DNA of 64,000 nt from Eledone cirrhosa (GCA_964016885.1 OZ024743.1:278008001-278072000), one strand, 5' to 3'. Positions 1 through 15,996 are shown, counted from the first letter of the stretch. Notes: generated by a model from the letters alone, not told the origin. Made by a program: numbers and translations.

Positions 1-107
1 ATATATATACATATATATATATAAGTATATATGTATATAAATATATATATATAAGTATATATGTATATATATATGTATATATATATATATATATATATGT
101 ACATATA

Positions 108-139
<32 letters not shown>

Positions 140-379
140 AGTATATATGTATATAAATATATATATATAAGTATATATATATGTACATATATATATACTT
201 ATATATATATATTTATATACATATATATATAAATAAATACATTTTCTTGGTTCACCACTGTATAGAACTGGTCATTCCGTATGGTCAACCTCCGTGTAAT
301 ATTATGGAGAAACTCAACGTAATGCAACTCCCCTTTCTTCGTTTGTGTAGTTGGTGGTGTGAGTACGGAGTTAATTATT

Positions 380-536
380 ATAAAATAACAGAAGGCTAGA
401 CTGGTGTAATTTCTTAAAAAGTTTATTATACTATGAAAATATCACTGACCGGGTTCATTGAACCCGGTCAGTGAAATGATCATACTACAATAAAACTTTT
501 AAGGAACTATACCTGTCCAACCTCCTGTTATTTTAT
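380..536. repeat. Imperfect palindrome (fold-back element)
   Basis: Arms ataaaataacagaagg.../...cctcctgttattttat around a perfect core cactgaccgggttca-t-tgaacccggtcagtg. Confidence 0.85.
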
Positions 537-684
537 TATATATAAATATATTATATGCATACATGTATATATATTTATATATATATATATTTATACACAT
601 ATATATATACATATATACTTATACATATATATGCATATATGTGTATATGTATGTGTGTACACACACACACACACACACAGACAT

Positions 685-762
<78 letters not shown>

Positions 763-937
763 GTTTGTCTGATATTTGAGTGCGTGTTAGGGTTAATATT
801 TATGTAATACCTTCAACACGCAGAGACTTTTTATTATCAACAAACGACCTTGTGTATTATATACTAATCGATATGTTTTACAATATATATATATATAATA
901 AGGAGTTGACGGACCCAGCATATTTATCAGGACCGGT

Positions 938-1055
<118 letters not shown>

Positions 1056-1133
1056 TATGTGTATAGTGTCCAAGCGTATATATATCCATATGTATATATT
1101 ATACTCATGTTGGCCATGGGTATATATATATAT

Positions 1134-1220
<87 letters not shown>

Positions 1221-1430
1221 TGTGCATATATATACAAATATATATATTGAAGTTAAAATATAATTCTATATGTGCAGATAAATTCAGTGCCTTAAGAAAA
1301 ATATTGGAATGTATGTAAAAGCTTTCTGTCAGGACCAATGAATTCTCTTACATAAATAGAAATATTATGTCTGAATTTTGTGACATTGCATTTAGGATTA
1401 AGAAACAATTGAAAATACAATAGCGTGGTG

Positions 1431-1494
<64 letters not shown>

Positions 1495-1522
1495 TATAAG
1501 TGTATATATATATAAGTGTATA

Positions 1523-1573
<51 letters not shown>

Positions 1574-1635
1574 GTGTGTGTGTATATATATATGTGTGTT
1601 GGTATATATATATATATGTATATATATATATGTAT

Positions 1636-1757
<122 letters not shown>

Positions 1758-1900
1758 TACAATTGTAAAATTATAAAATTAAATTGTTTAGACCCACAAG
1801 GGAAATCCTTTTTCCTTTTTTTCCACTATGCATATACATATGCAAACATATTTATTATGTATATAAGTTATATATGTATATATTTACATCTATGAATCTT

Positions 1901-1953
<53 letters not shown>

Positions 1954-1958
1954 AAATG

Positions 1959-2093
<135 letters not shown>

Positions 2094-2117
2094 TATATAT
2101 ATATATATATATATATA

Positions 2118-2181
<64 letters not shown>

Positions 2182-2270
2182 TATACCTTTATACTTATAC
2201 AAATAAACACAGACCTATATTTATATTTATACCTTTACATGAGTATATATATATAACTTTTATATGTATG

Positions 2271-2302
<32 letters not shown>

Positions 2303-2382
2303 CGTGTGTGTGTATGTGTATATATATGTATACATATATATATATATACATCGATATATATGTATTTATATATATATAAGGG

Positions 2383-2453
<71 letters not shown>

Positions 2454-2588
2454 TTATTTATATATATATATATATATAATATACCTTTATACTTATATAT
2501 ATATATACCTTTATACTTATACAAATAAACACAGACCTACATTTAAATTTATACCTGTACATGAGTATATATATATAACTTTTATATG

Positions 2589-2631
<43 letters not shown>

Positions 2632-2758
2632 ATGTATGTGTGTGTGCGTGCGCGTATGTGTATATATATATATGTATACATATATATAAATATATGCATA
2701 TATATATATATATGTGTATATATATATATATATGTGTGTATATGTGTGTGTGTGTTTA

Positions 2759-2789
<31 letters not shown>

Positions 2790-3201
2790 TTATTTGTGTG
2801 TGTGTGTGTGTGTGTGTGTGTTTATTTGTGTGTGTGTGTGTGTGTGTTTATTTATACACGCAGATGACAACGCGTAAGGTGACCGGTTTTAATTCTGTAT
2901 TATATTTCTAACACTGGTTTATAAATTACAGATTTCGGGTTTTAAAACGAGTATAAATTATCTGTTAATGAAATACTTAAAGAGGATTTCTTTGTGGTAT
3001 TTTTTTGCCGAATGACTTCTACAACACAATACCACTACGTTCGTCCAGTCAAATATGAAATGCTTACACTCTGAAACACACACACACACACACACATACG
3101 TATATGTTATTAACCCTATGCCTGAGCTAGGTCCAGTTTTCATATATATACATACACACACACCTATATATATATATATATATAATTGTATTAATATATA
3201 C

Positions 3202-3261
<60 letters not shown>

Positions 3262-3384
3262 GTATGTATAAAAATTTCGTATCTCTAAGGAAATACGGTT
3301 TTAGGAAGCCGTAGCTATGCAAACACCAGTAGTAGGGGAGGGGCTAACGCCCTCTGGTGACGTCCAGCAGAAGCAAGGGGGACA

Positions 3385-3428
3385 ACCGTCTATGCATTTC
3401 AGGCTTAACTGGCCTTCGTCAGGACGGT
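3385..3428 (-). ncRNA. Minimal type-I hammerhead ribozyme (family E)
   Basis: Minus strand: accgtc CTGACGA aggc-cagttaa-gcct GAAA tgca TA gacggt. Stem I 6 bp, palindromic stem III (atgcat). Confidence 0.9.
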
Positions 3429-3628
3429 CCATCCCACCGCTTGCGAATGGTGGACTAGAAGACAGGCGAGAAAATATACTTTTCTCGTCTGTGTAAATGA
3501 GGTGATTAATCTCATTTGCATATGAAGCTGCATAAGTTGGCTCAACTTATAATAAAAAAGAAATAGGATTTCGCTTCAAGCATAGCTTTATACAATATGT
3601 ATAAATATTCCCTTAGAGATACATATAC

Positions 3629-3712
<84 letters not shown>

Positions 3713-3895
3713 ATATATATATATAAGCAGAAGGGATATTCAATTTGTTGGTAATTCAAAAAATATAAATGTTTATAACTGATTCAGAGCAGTCTACATA
3801 TTTTCTGGATTATCCAAGGATAACTTGAACAATTAAGGTATATTCTCCTTGGTTATGTCAAAATTTATAAAACACACTTTTAAATATATTTTATA

Positions 3896-3956
3896 TATTT
3901 TATCTGATGATAGCGTACCAAAATTTTGGTACCCTGGAAATATATATAATAGAATA
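3896..3956 (+). ncRNA. Hammerhead ribozyme (family C)
   Basis: tattttat CTGATGA tagcgtacca-aaatt-ttggtaccctg GAAA tatata TA atagaata. Confidence 0.8.
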
Positions 3957-4003
3957 AATATAGTTTTATAAATATAGTTTCCATTTATTTAATATCATTG
4001 TAA

Positions 4004-4313
<310 letters not shown>

Positions 4314-4330
4314 ATATATATACTTTTATA

Positions 4331-4391
<61 letters not shown>

Positions 4392-4424
4392 GTGCATATA
4401 TATATTAATACAATTATATATATT

Positions 4425-4561
<137 letters not shown>

Positions 4562-4758
4562 GTATTAATATATATACACACACGCACATATAAATATATA
4601 TATATAATGTGTGGGTAATGTTAAAGATTATCCGATTACAAGTATATATATATATATATATACACATATATATATGTGTATATACGCACACACATTTACC
4701 TGTATTTAGATATATTATATGATATAAATATGTATATATATATACACACGCGTATATA

Positions 4759-4815
<57 letters not shown>

Positions 4816-4823
4816 TGATTGTT

Positions 4824-4889
<66 letters not shown>

Positions 4890-4932
4890 TAGATAGATCG
4901 ATATGTGTGTGTGTGTATACATATATATATAA

Positions 4933-5000
4933 GTTATTCCGGGTTGAGTGGAAGGTAACCACACTAAGTAAGGTCCTCAATACATAGCAGTGTATACAAG

Positions 5001-5005
<5 letters not shown>
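4933..5005. mobile_element. Family F short (TA)n-embedded repeat
   Basis: ttattccgggttga...ctcaatacatagcag...aagtttta, repeated at 5790-5862. Confidence 0.7.
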
Positions 5006-5098
<93 letters not shown>

Positions 5099-5628
5099 TA
5101 TGTATACACACACACACATATATATATAAAGGCATTAACATAAAATAATATTAATATTAACACTAATAATGATATGTTTCATGATGGTGAATGAGAGGCA
5201 GAGAGAAACATAAGTGGGACCCTATGCAATGGTATAAACGTCAGCTGATTTTTATATGTGTATGTAAGAACCCACGTCGCTCTAGATATTGTATACATCA
5301 TGTAACTGTAATAGGTTTTCCCTATGAGGGTTTACTATGGATTTATTTCCTGCCTTCACAAACGTCCTGGTGGGCGTCTATGTTTCATATATAACTATCT
5401 ACCTCTAAATTTAATATATAGCCCTCAACCTCCCGTAAACATCTGTTTCTCGTTTAAGTGAATTTAGATTTTAAAAGTCTTTTGAATCGTAAGGAACAAA
5501 GTCGAAGGTTCCGCCTTAAATTTTAACTATGGTTTAAGCGGAAAAATATTTTTCTCATAATGGTACAAATATACATACATCTATGCATAAAGTTTTTACG
5601 TAGATCTCATCATATATATAAACATGAG

Positions 5629-5685
<57 letters not shown>

Positions 5686-5707
5686 TACACATATATATAC
5701 ATATACA

Positions 5708-5789
<82 letters not shown>

Positions 5790-5856
5790 TTATTCCGGGT
5801 TGAATCGGAGGTAACTACAGTAAGTAAGGTACTCAATACATAGCAGAGTATAAAAG

Positions 5857-5862
<6 letters not shown>
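5790..5862. mobile_element. Family F short (TA)n-embedded repeat
   Basis: Homologue of 4933-5005. Confidence 0.7.
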
Positions 5863-5931
<69 letters not shown>

Positions 5932-6072
5932 ATCTATCTATATATATATATATATATACATATATATGTGTGTGAGTGTGTGTATGTGTGTTTGCATATA
6001 GATATGTTTATATATATAATCATATATATATCCATGCATACACACAAACATATATATATATATACACACACA

Positions 6073-6167
<95 letters not shown>

Positions 6168-7246
6168 GTGAGGTTTTTTTACAAAATGAAAAAAAAAAAC
6201 GAGGTGTTCTACACAAATGAAAGTATAAGGAAAAAAGTTGAAATCGAAAAAATATATATTTATTTGGTTCCTTTACCGGTTTCGCAATTCTTCTGCTTTT
6301 AAAAAGTAGAGTTGAGATGGAGGGTTTGTGGTTTTTCTCACATCTATATATGGTATCTTACCACACCTTCTTTGTGATATATACACATATATATATATTA
6401 TATATATTTATATGTTATATATATATATATTATATATATGTGTGTGCGTATGATGAAAGATCAAGGGAAGCAATGCTCAAGCTGTTGCAAGAGGGCTTAT
6501 TTAGTATTACACAAAGTTTCATACACATAACATGTATGGGTCCAGTTATGATCACCACTGGATATTGGAGGGGGCGCTTTTAAATAGGCCCATCATCGGG
6601 TTCGGGGACAAATATATATTAAACAAATCTGTAGAACTGGGACCGAGGAGACAAGTATGCCCTCGTAATGGCTTGCTGAACACGTAAGCCCAAACCGTTT
6701 GGAGTAGCAGTTGGGATTTCATATAACTTTGTATCTGTATAATAATAGAGTGGGTGTCCGAGACTGTGCTAATGTGTATATAAATATACACACACTTAAT
6801 ATGGAGGCATATGAACTGGCCAGAAAATATGAATCTCCTTTTAATTGAAATATATATATATATACATATATACATATATAAATGGAATAGGATGAAACGA
6901 AATTTCATTTCTCACTCTTAGTAGGGCAGTTACTTAAATGTATGTATGTATACGTACATACATATATGTATACAGACGTACAGTAGTATGTATATATATA
7001 CATACATGCACACATATATATATATATGCACGTATCGGTTTACCGAACATTTATTATAATGCTCGGTTTGTTTGTTTGTAAACAAACAAACAGCCCAAAT
7101 TACGCCGTACAGTGTTTAGGCAACCACGTCACATTTTGTTCAACACTGATACAGGAACGATGTACTAGTTTCAAGCTTATTAGCTATCGTTTCATTCTAT
7201 TCCATTTATCGTTTTCGATGTGCCCGTCCGACTGAACTCACTCGAT

Positions 7247-7294
7247 ATGCAAATTAGGCTGCTCAGCCGTTAATATGCATAAGGAAAGTATATA
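7247..7294 (+). promoter_or_regulatory. Candidate octamer (ATGCAAAT) + TATA internal promoter
   Basis: ATGCAAAT at 7247-7254 and TATATA at 7289-7294, upstream of the HHR; same layout in family E. Confidence 0.45.
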
Positions 7295-7328
7295 CTTTCA
7301 GACGTTCAACCATCTGGCAGGAAGGTAT

Positions 7329-7371
7329 ACGATGCTGACGATAGCTAATATGCTTGAAACTAGTACATCGT
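7329..7371 (+). ncRNA. Minimal hammerhead ribozyme (family B)
   Basis: acgatg CTGACGA tagc-taatat-gctt GAAA ctag TA catcgt. Confidence 0.9.
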
Positions 7372-7582
7372 TCCTGTGTCAGTGTTGAACAAAAATGTGA
7401 CGTGGTTGCCTAAACACTGTACGGCGTAATTCGGGCTGTTTGTTTGTTTACAAACAAACAAACCGAGCATTATAATAAATGTTCGGTAAACCGATACGTG
7501 CATATATATATGTGTGCATGTATGTATATATATATATATATACATACTACTGTACGTCTGTATACATATATATATGTACGTG

Positions 7583-7652
<70 letters not shown>

Positions 7653-7740
7653 TATATATATATATGTACAGATATATATATATATATTTATATATATATA
7701 TATAGAGAGAGAGATGGATTTTAACATTTTATGCTAGTAA

Positions 7741-7900
7741 GACCATTATTCAGCAGAGTAAGCGATACCTGGGTAGTAGAGTTTAATTATATTAGAGTGA
7801 GTCGGGGCCTGATGGTTGAGCTGTTGCCGTTTGGACAGCTAATTCCAGAATCAGCTGTCGGAACAGCAACAACTGAGCTGTGAAGCCCCGACTCTCTCTA
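7741..7900. mobile_element. Old divergent family A copy
   Basis: gaccatta...gggtagtagagt...gagtcggggc...gccccgactc decayed hairpin. Confidence 0.65.
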
Positions 7901-7918
7901 ATATATATATATATATAA

Positions 7919-8205
7919 GTATGGCTTAGTGGGAGCGTTGGGCTTGCAATTGAAAGGTTGTGAGTTCGTTTTTCGGACCGGGTGAGGCGTTGTGTCCTTG
8001 AGCAAGACACTTTATTCACTTTACTCAGCAGTAGAGAGGAGTTGCAATGTCACTAGTGCCAAGCTGTATCAGTGACTGCCTTTTCCTTGGACAATCTCGG
8101 TGGCATGAAGAGAGGAGATTGGTCTTCCACAAACAAAACTTGTCCAGGATTGTGCCTCGGCGAAAAACATTCTAGGTGGGAAACCATGGACATTAATGAC
8201 AGTTG
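7919..8205 (+). mobile_element. tRNA-derived CORE-type SINE
   Basis: A box tggcttagtgg, B box gagttcg, core gtgtccttgagcaagacacttt; reverse copy at 31358-31682. Confidence 0.8.
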
Positions 8206-8228
8206 GGGGCTTTATATATATATATATA

Positions 8229-8294
<66 letters not shown>

Positions 8295-8517
8295 ATGCGT
8301 GTGTGTATGTGTGTATGCGTGTGTGTATGTGTGTATGTGTGTATGTGTGTTGTGTGAGTGTGTGTGCGTGTGTTTACTCATAACTCTCTCTATATATGTG
8401 TATCTATCTATATATATATATATACACACATGCACACACACACACACTCTCTCTCTCTCTCACACACACACACGCACACGCACGCACGCACACACACGCA
8501 CACACACACACACACAC

Positions 8518-8626
<109 letters not shown>

Positions 8627-9061
8627 ATATATATATTTCCAGGGTGCTTGATTCGCATTAGCAGACAATGACTGCTACATAACTTGATTAGTCCATTTGA
8701 GTCGGGTTTGTATATCTGTTATATATTTATTGGTATTTTACCCTGAGTATCTTATAAATCTCATAATAGCTCCTATGGTAAGTAGCGCAGAGTATTGATA
8801 GGTTTTAAAGCCGTGATTTGATTTGATAGACGGGTACTTCAAAACATTTACACCCAATAACGTCGCTAACGTAAATAGAATTGAAAGTGGTCTGAGGCAG
8901 ACATATAAGAAAAGGTTAAACGAACAAAATAATAGATCAATAAACTAGACTTTTAAACTTCCTTTTAGTACGGGTATGAATATTGATAATTTTATGGATC
9001 TGTCTTTCAACCTTTCCTACTTATTTGTCTCACTGTCTCTCAGTCTCTCTATCTCCACCAG

Positions 9062-9122
<61 letters not shown>

Positions 9123-9183
9123 GACACACTTATACGCACATATACATACACACCGAGAAATGTCAATGCCTGTGTATTTATAT

Positions 9184-9303
<120 letters not shown>

Positions 9304-9452
9304 TTATTTATTTATTTATATATATATATATGTATGTATGTATATATGTATGTATGTATATATATATGTATGTACACACATATATATATATATATATATA
9401 TATGTGTATATATATGTATATGTATGTATGTATATATATATATATATATATG

Positions 9453-9516
<64 letters not shown>

Positions 9517-9730
9517 GTACTTCTGTGTGTGTGCGTATTTTGTTATTTCACTGCTCGCATACACGTACGCACATATATATGTGTTTATACATGTTTGTGT
9601 TCATAGATATATACGCAAATGTTTGTATAGTTAATCATATAATATAATATAATATAATATAATATAATATAATATAATATAATATACTATAATAATGAAC
9701 ATTTTAATATATTTATATGTATGCATACAT

Positions 9731-9803
<73 letters not shown>

Positions 9804-10537
9804 GTCATAAATTAAGAAGATCCTGATAAAAGCCAATCTCATAGCATAGCAAAATAACAAAAATAGACGTTGGTGATTTACTTTTATCAGAATGAAAACT
9901 ACACATTCGCACCTTTTGAAGTACAAAGAATTTAATGTAAATTCAAACTTCCGCGGCAATGCCTACATTTTGGCTCTGTCTACATTAATGTGGCTACAAC
10001 AAATACTAACGGTAGTTCATCCAGAATTTGAGACAAGAAATATAGGCAATGAATTAGCAATTTTATTGCTTTTGCTTGAAAGTGCACTCCAGACAAAGAG
10101 ATTCTACTTATCCCTCATTCCGTTCAGGCTATCAATAGAACTGATACCTGTAGTACTGAGGAAACAACGATAACAGCAACAGTATCAACCATGATGTTCA
10201 CCTCAGGTGCATGTTTTCTTACAGTTTATCATTCCACAAAATCGGAGCCCATCTGCCCGAACAATATATCTATATATATATATTCATTTTGTTCCGTAGA
10301 TTCATTAGTTCTCTTTAAGCTATTCGAAATATGGCAAATCTCATGTAATCCCAAGGGGAGATAGGATCCTTCTCGTCCGTTTTACTTTCAGTTTAAATCG
10401 CATTTTCTATTGCATTTTCTTTTATTTTATTCATCCTCTAACAGTTTGGTAGTCCTGCCCATTCATCGTTAACCTTCATCGGCTCTCTGGTTGTTGAATC
10501 GCATCTATGGTCATAACGGTCTCGCATTTTATTAATT

Positions 10538-10565
10538 ACTAACAGTGGTACCCGGCGTTGCACGG
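10538..10565 (-). mobile_element. Helitron 3' terminus
   Basis: Reverse complement ccgtgcaacgccgggtaccactgttagt matches the hairpin+CTAG ends at 35574 and 37786. Confidence 0.6.
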
Positions 10566-10654
10566 AATAAGGTTTTTTTGAACGTGGGCCGCCAACAGAC
10601 CTAATCGTGGAAAAACTGCATGCACAAGGCCAGCAGTTTTTGTTGGGGTTAGGG

Positions 10655-10990
10655 GACGGATCGACTAAATCGACCCCAGTGCGTTATGGTAGTTTATTTC
10701 ATCGACCTCGTAATGATAAAAGGCAAAACTAACCTCGGCGGTATTTGAACTCAGAACGTAAAGGGTCGTACCTCTATGGTGCAAAGCATGTTGTCCGACG
10801 CTGTTAATGGTCACCGATCTGTGGATGAGTTACTCAATTATATCGACTCCAGTGCTTGAGTAGTTCTTTATTTCATCCAGCATAAAAGGATGAAATTTTA
10901 TTTGGCCACAACGGATTCGATCTCAGAATATGAATTGCTGGAACTAATACCACAAGACGTTTATCCAAGACTCTTGCCAGACACCGATTC
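10655..10990 (-). mobile_element. Two tandem decayed tRNA-derived SINEs (tcatcc...ggggtcgataaa core family)
   Basis: atcgaccccagtgc, aaaggcaaa, tttgaactcagaacgt are the reverse of the core/B box seen at 47165. Confidence 0.7.
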
Positions 10991-11048
10991 GACTTCAATA
11001 ATCTGAGACATGATAGACAATTATAACTATGGGATGAATTTGAACTCT

Positions 11049-11352
<304 letters not shown>

Positions 11353-11561
11353 GTTACATCGAAAAAAAAAAATCTCTGTTCTCTTGAAGAATTTACTACG
11401 GAAATCTTTTAATTTCAGTGGAATTGAATTCCTTATTTTTCCCGATAATATACCTTTTCGAGTCTATATTTCTCAGACCCGAGCGGGGAAAATCACATTG
11501 ATATGATATTCAAGCATGGCGTTAGGCATTTTGTCTGTCTGTACCACGCGGCACGACTCAC

Positions 11562-11705
11562 ATCTGTCACGTGTTTGAATATCTTTCAATTTGGTGCTTG
11601 TACCATATCGGGTAGAATATATGACAGCTAACCAGATGCAACAATATATGCCCTGGAAGATGTCGAGAAACTGTACACTTACAATGATGTGACAAAGGAA
11701 CCAAC
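11562..11705 (-). other. Candidate 144-bp internal exon
   Basis: cctatatgcag|gttgg...acagat|gtgagt; length divisible by 3; open in phase 1; unique sequence. Confidence 0.3.
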
Positions 11706-11759
11706 CTGCATATAGGTATGAAAGTATGAGCATCATCGAGGTACTAGTTATTAATATGA

Positions 11760-14700
11760 TTAATATTATTTATTTATGTATTGCCACAAAAGTGACCAAT
11801 TGCGGACATTACAAAGAAGAAACCCTCACAGTAATTTTCACAATTATAAGATCAACAACAACAAAAAGGGACAGCAGTGGACAAAGATTATCTGTTTGAA
11901 ATGTCGCAAATAAAGTTTTTGCAGTGAACTTTTTGATATGTTTGGTTGATAACGTCGGTGACTTTCCTAGCCAGTTTACCATAAAGCTCCCTCCTGGCAG
12001 CGACCGTTTTTAGTTGGCAGACTTTTGATGTTGGAATTCCAAAGAATGCTTTCTACTTTATCATTTCCACAACAACGTTTTCACATTACTTTGATGGCAT
12101 ATTGGTATGGTTGTATGGGTGCATAGTAGTATTTTTGTATATATCAAGTGAGTGAGTGAGAGAGAAAGACGGGTGGGTGGGTACGAGAGTGAGTGGAGTA
12201 TATGTGAAAGAATGAGGGTGAAAGTGATGAGAGAACGAGTGAAAGATTGAGTGAGAGGTGGGTAATAGAGAAAGATACTAATGATAAATAGAGAAAATAT
12301 GTGATTTTCTAAGAGATAAAGTGAATATGTGTATATGTGTAAAAGAAAGAAAATGGGAGAGAAGAGTCGATAGAGTACGAGAAAAGGAGAGAAGGGGGAG
12401 AAGGTGGTATATGTGAGAAAGATCCAAAGTGAGAAAATCAAAGAAAGAGATTGTGAGAAAAATAGAATGAGTGAGAGAGGGGGGGGGGTGAGCGAAGAAA
12501 TAAATGTATATGTATATATATATATTGAGAGAGAGAGAGAGAGAGAGAGGGGGTGGGGGGTGATTCTGATTGTTCTGTAGTAGTCTTTTCAATTTCTTTC
12601 CTTTATTTCTGAGCACTTCTGTTCCAATTCTCTGATTTCTGTGTGTGCATCTAATTTAACATCCTTAGTTTTGATGTTCTCAATTTGCCCCTTCTTTGGC
12701 ATATTTGCCTGGCTAATCCCATTTAGCTGAATTCATGAATTTCTTGTAGGTTTTTCAACTATATATTATATAGTCGAAACATATTATGCATCTGTAAATT
12801 TTACCTCATAAATATCATAAGTAATTTATATATAATGTTTTATAGTTTACCCGTAGCTTCAATAACAAGTGTTGGTTTCACTCAAGAGATTTGATAATAG
12901 AGTCAGAGTTAGGTAAATAAGTAGAAGAGATAATGATGATCCCTGAAAGATTCCTCTGCCTATAGCATAGGGATGGCTTTAATTATTTCTCTTTGGCTTT
13001 TCGTGTTATGATTCTTTTCCAGTTAACCTGATTGATGCATTATGTGACATTTGTGGCTAAATTTATTCATGTAGAGTGTATCGGAAAGTGTAGTATACTA
13101 CCAAATAATGTTCAAATGTTCCTGTAATAGCTCAATTCATCACTAGCTTTTCTTCATGACCATACAACCGTTATGGTTTCTCTTGTAAGATGTTATTGCT
13201 CTACGTCTGAGTATCTAGCTTGCTTTTGAGTATAGATATATGGACTTCGTATGTTATTGGTATTGTTTGCTTTTGGTTAATTCAGATAAATTTCCCTTCC
13301 AGTTGCCATCCAAGTATTGATCCCGGTGTTAATTCTGGTATGCTTGCCATATATCTAAGCGTTCAGTGTAAGTGCTTAAACTAGATATGGATAACTTTGT
13401 CAATTCTAGGGGCTCTCCAGCTGCTTCTAGTTCTTGATGTGTTGGAAAGTACGTTGCTAGCTATGGCAAGCTGTGCTAGAGGTGCTACTGCATTCCCCCT
13501 CTTTCCTTCTGATATATTTTCTGTTTCATATTTCCTCCCAAAATTCTGGAATTTCCATTTATGTTGGTGCGTGGTCCAGCGTTATGATTTTGTTTTGTAA
13601 ATATCTCCCTAAGTTCTTTCGATATTCGTAAATACATTGTTTTCCTAGAAGCGATCACCTTCCTCAAAGCGTCTTATTCGGCATGTTTTTTCTGATTTGA
13701 ATTGCTTACACTTTCAGAGTGACTTCTTTTATATTGACACCAAACCTTTAAATTCTTTGGATTATGTTTCTATTTCAATTTATATCATTTCTATTTCACA
13801 ACATAAAGGTACGTTTTCTGTTATATTTTAATTGTAGAGTTGTTACACTAAAGATCGTCTGATTCTACTAGAATCAAGATTAATTTCCCTCGATGCGGTA
13901 GCAATTACTAAATAGATCCGATAATTCAGTTGGGCGATTATTCGGGTAGTTTGAATTTATTGAGAGCCCTATTACATTGATTTATTCTATTGTGGATCTG
14001 CTTGCTCGTATACTTTGGAAAGTTATTTACAATGATTCACGTATTCGATTTTGCTACGTTCTCTACTATTTCCTTAATGTCTTTAATAAATTCATCTCAA
14101 TGTTAAATATATTCGATATTTTATAATACCTATTTTATTCTGTTTGTTGTAAAGTGAAGTGTTTAACATATAGGTTTGTTGTGACTATTATATCGGAATG
14201 TTTTTTTAAAAATAATTTTAGTTCTTTTTCCTGTGTGTCTTGTTTGTAATTTGTGTGGTATGTCCTGTAGAATTTTCACTTTGAAGACGCATATATTTTA
14301 TGTGTAGGGGTATCTGTTGTATCGCTTTGCCTCTTTTATAGATGCTTATGTTTTCTGTATGGTGTCTATGTTACCTTATGTTGTCTGTTGTGAAGATTTC
14401 ATTGGTAGATGGTAAGTAACTCCTTTTCCTTAATATGTAGTTTATTGTGTTTTATTTTCAGCAAGTCTTCTTTCAGTGCGTCTTATTTCAATATTTGGGA
14501 TTTTGTGAAATTGTATAAAATTTCTTTAACTTCATGAGGATACACGCAATTTTCCTGATTTCTTTAACTTCATGAGGATACAGGAATGTTTCTGATTTCT
14601 CTTTGTCTACACGTGCCTTTTATAGTGCCTCAAAATATTAGTTATAATGTTGATATTTAATACAAATTTAACACTTCTTTTTAATATTCATATTATTTGT
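11760..14700 (-). pseudogene. Highly decayed L1/Tx1-like LINE remnant
   Basis: A-rich minus strand with a KERGG-like motif near 13490; no intact ORF; family assignment tentative. Confidence 0.35.
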
Positions 14701-15114
14701 ATTTTGGATGCTAGCAAAAAGGCACGATTCCTTTTTTTTTTTTTTTTTTTTTTTTCGAGATGATTGTTTAAGACTACACCACTTCTGAACCCTGAGTAAC
14801 TTTACTTCCCAATCGAACTTGCATGCTGGTTACTGCTTGATTCATTCATAGACATAATTGATCTGTATTTAAATTGCGTTGCGTTTTATATCAACTTCCT
14901 TTTCCATTGCTTTGCTTTGTTCCTGTTGGAACATTTGATTCCCATTCTTTTAGTTGTATTCACAAATTAATTTCGTATTGTTCTGATAAATCGAATGTTT
15001 ACTTATCCCTTATTTTCGTATACATGTATAATAAGCAATATATTTAGTGTGTAATAATCAAGTAATAAAATATGTGCCAGATGAACTTACTGGGGTACTT
15101 ATAACACTATAACT

Positions 15115-15259
15115 TGTAGTAGTTGTAGTGATGATAATAGTAGTAGCAGCAGCAGTAATGGTAGTAATAGTAGTAGTGGTAGTGGTAATAGTGTTAGTAG
15201 TGGTGGTTGTGGTGGTGGTGGTGGTGGTGGTAGTAGTAGTAGTAGCAGCAGCGGTGATG

Positions 15260-15294
<35 letters not shown>

Positions 15295-15317
15295 CGTGAT
15301 GGTAGTAGTAGTAGTAA

Positions 15318-15354
<37 letters not shown>

Positions 15355-15355
15355 C
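15115..15355. repeat. (GTA)n/(GTG)n microsatellite
   Basis: Direct reading. Confidence 0.95.
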
Positions 15356-15885
15356 TAGTGTCAACTAAGACTGAGTCTTTGGATTCCCTCGTGCCATATT
15401 TTAGACATATAATATATGTTACAGACCATCTAAAGCCCCTACAACATCGCCCAAACTGCTAGATAGTGTAGCTAAATCCTCCTGAAATCACAATCTACTT
15501 TAAAAACGGAAGGGGCACTTTGGATAATGTACTTTTAGATAAAGAACCTTAAAATAGCACAGGATGTTTAGGGTTGTAACATCTTTCAATACAACTCTGT
15601 ATAAGCAGGACTGCTCAGAAATTAAATAACAAATCAACAGCAATAACCACAACAACAGCAAGAACAACAACAACATCTGTGTTCTAATGTTTTTAATATA
15701 ATCAACGTATTTGAAAAAAATAAATTACTAATGCTGGTATATGATAAAAAACACATTGCAAGTTTTCGAATCCACATACTCATTACCCCCCTCCGCCTTC
15801 TCCTCATTCTCCTCTCTCTCATCATTATCATCATCATCATCAATTGCTATTGCTGCAACTACCACATGAAAAATAAATCTAAATA

Positions 15886-15996
15886 TTCTTCTTCTTCTTC
15901 TTCTTCTTCTTCTTCTTCTTCTTCTTCTTCTTCTTCTTCTTCTTCTTCTTCTTCTTCTTCTTCTTCTTCTTCTTCTTCTTCTTCTTCTTCTTCTTC
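15886..15996. repeat. (TTC)n microsatellite
   Basis: Direct reading. Confidence 0.95.

Larger units (their letters stand above)
6879..7590. mobile_element. Family B HHR retroelement, inverted pair (minus 6879-7190, plus 7191-7590)
   Basis: The two halves are reverse complements; homologues at 25934, 30372, 36511, 46119; flanked by (TA)n. Confidence 0.88.

Noticed and set aside
7809-7815. CTGATGG as a hammerhead core in the old family A copy
   Set aside because: Explained by C-to-T (CpG) decay of ccgacgg
7919-7985. tRNA gene
   Set aside because: A/B boxes belong to a SINE head; no cloverleaf
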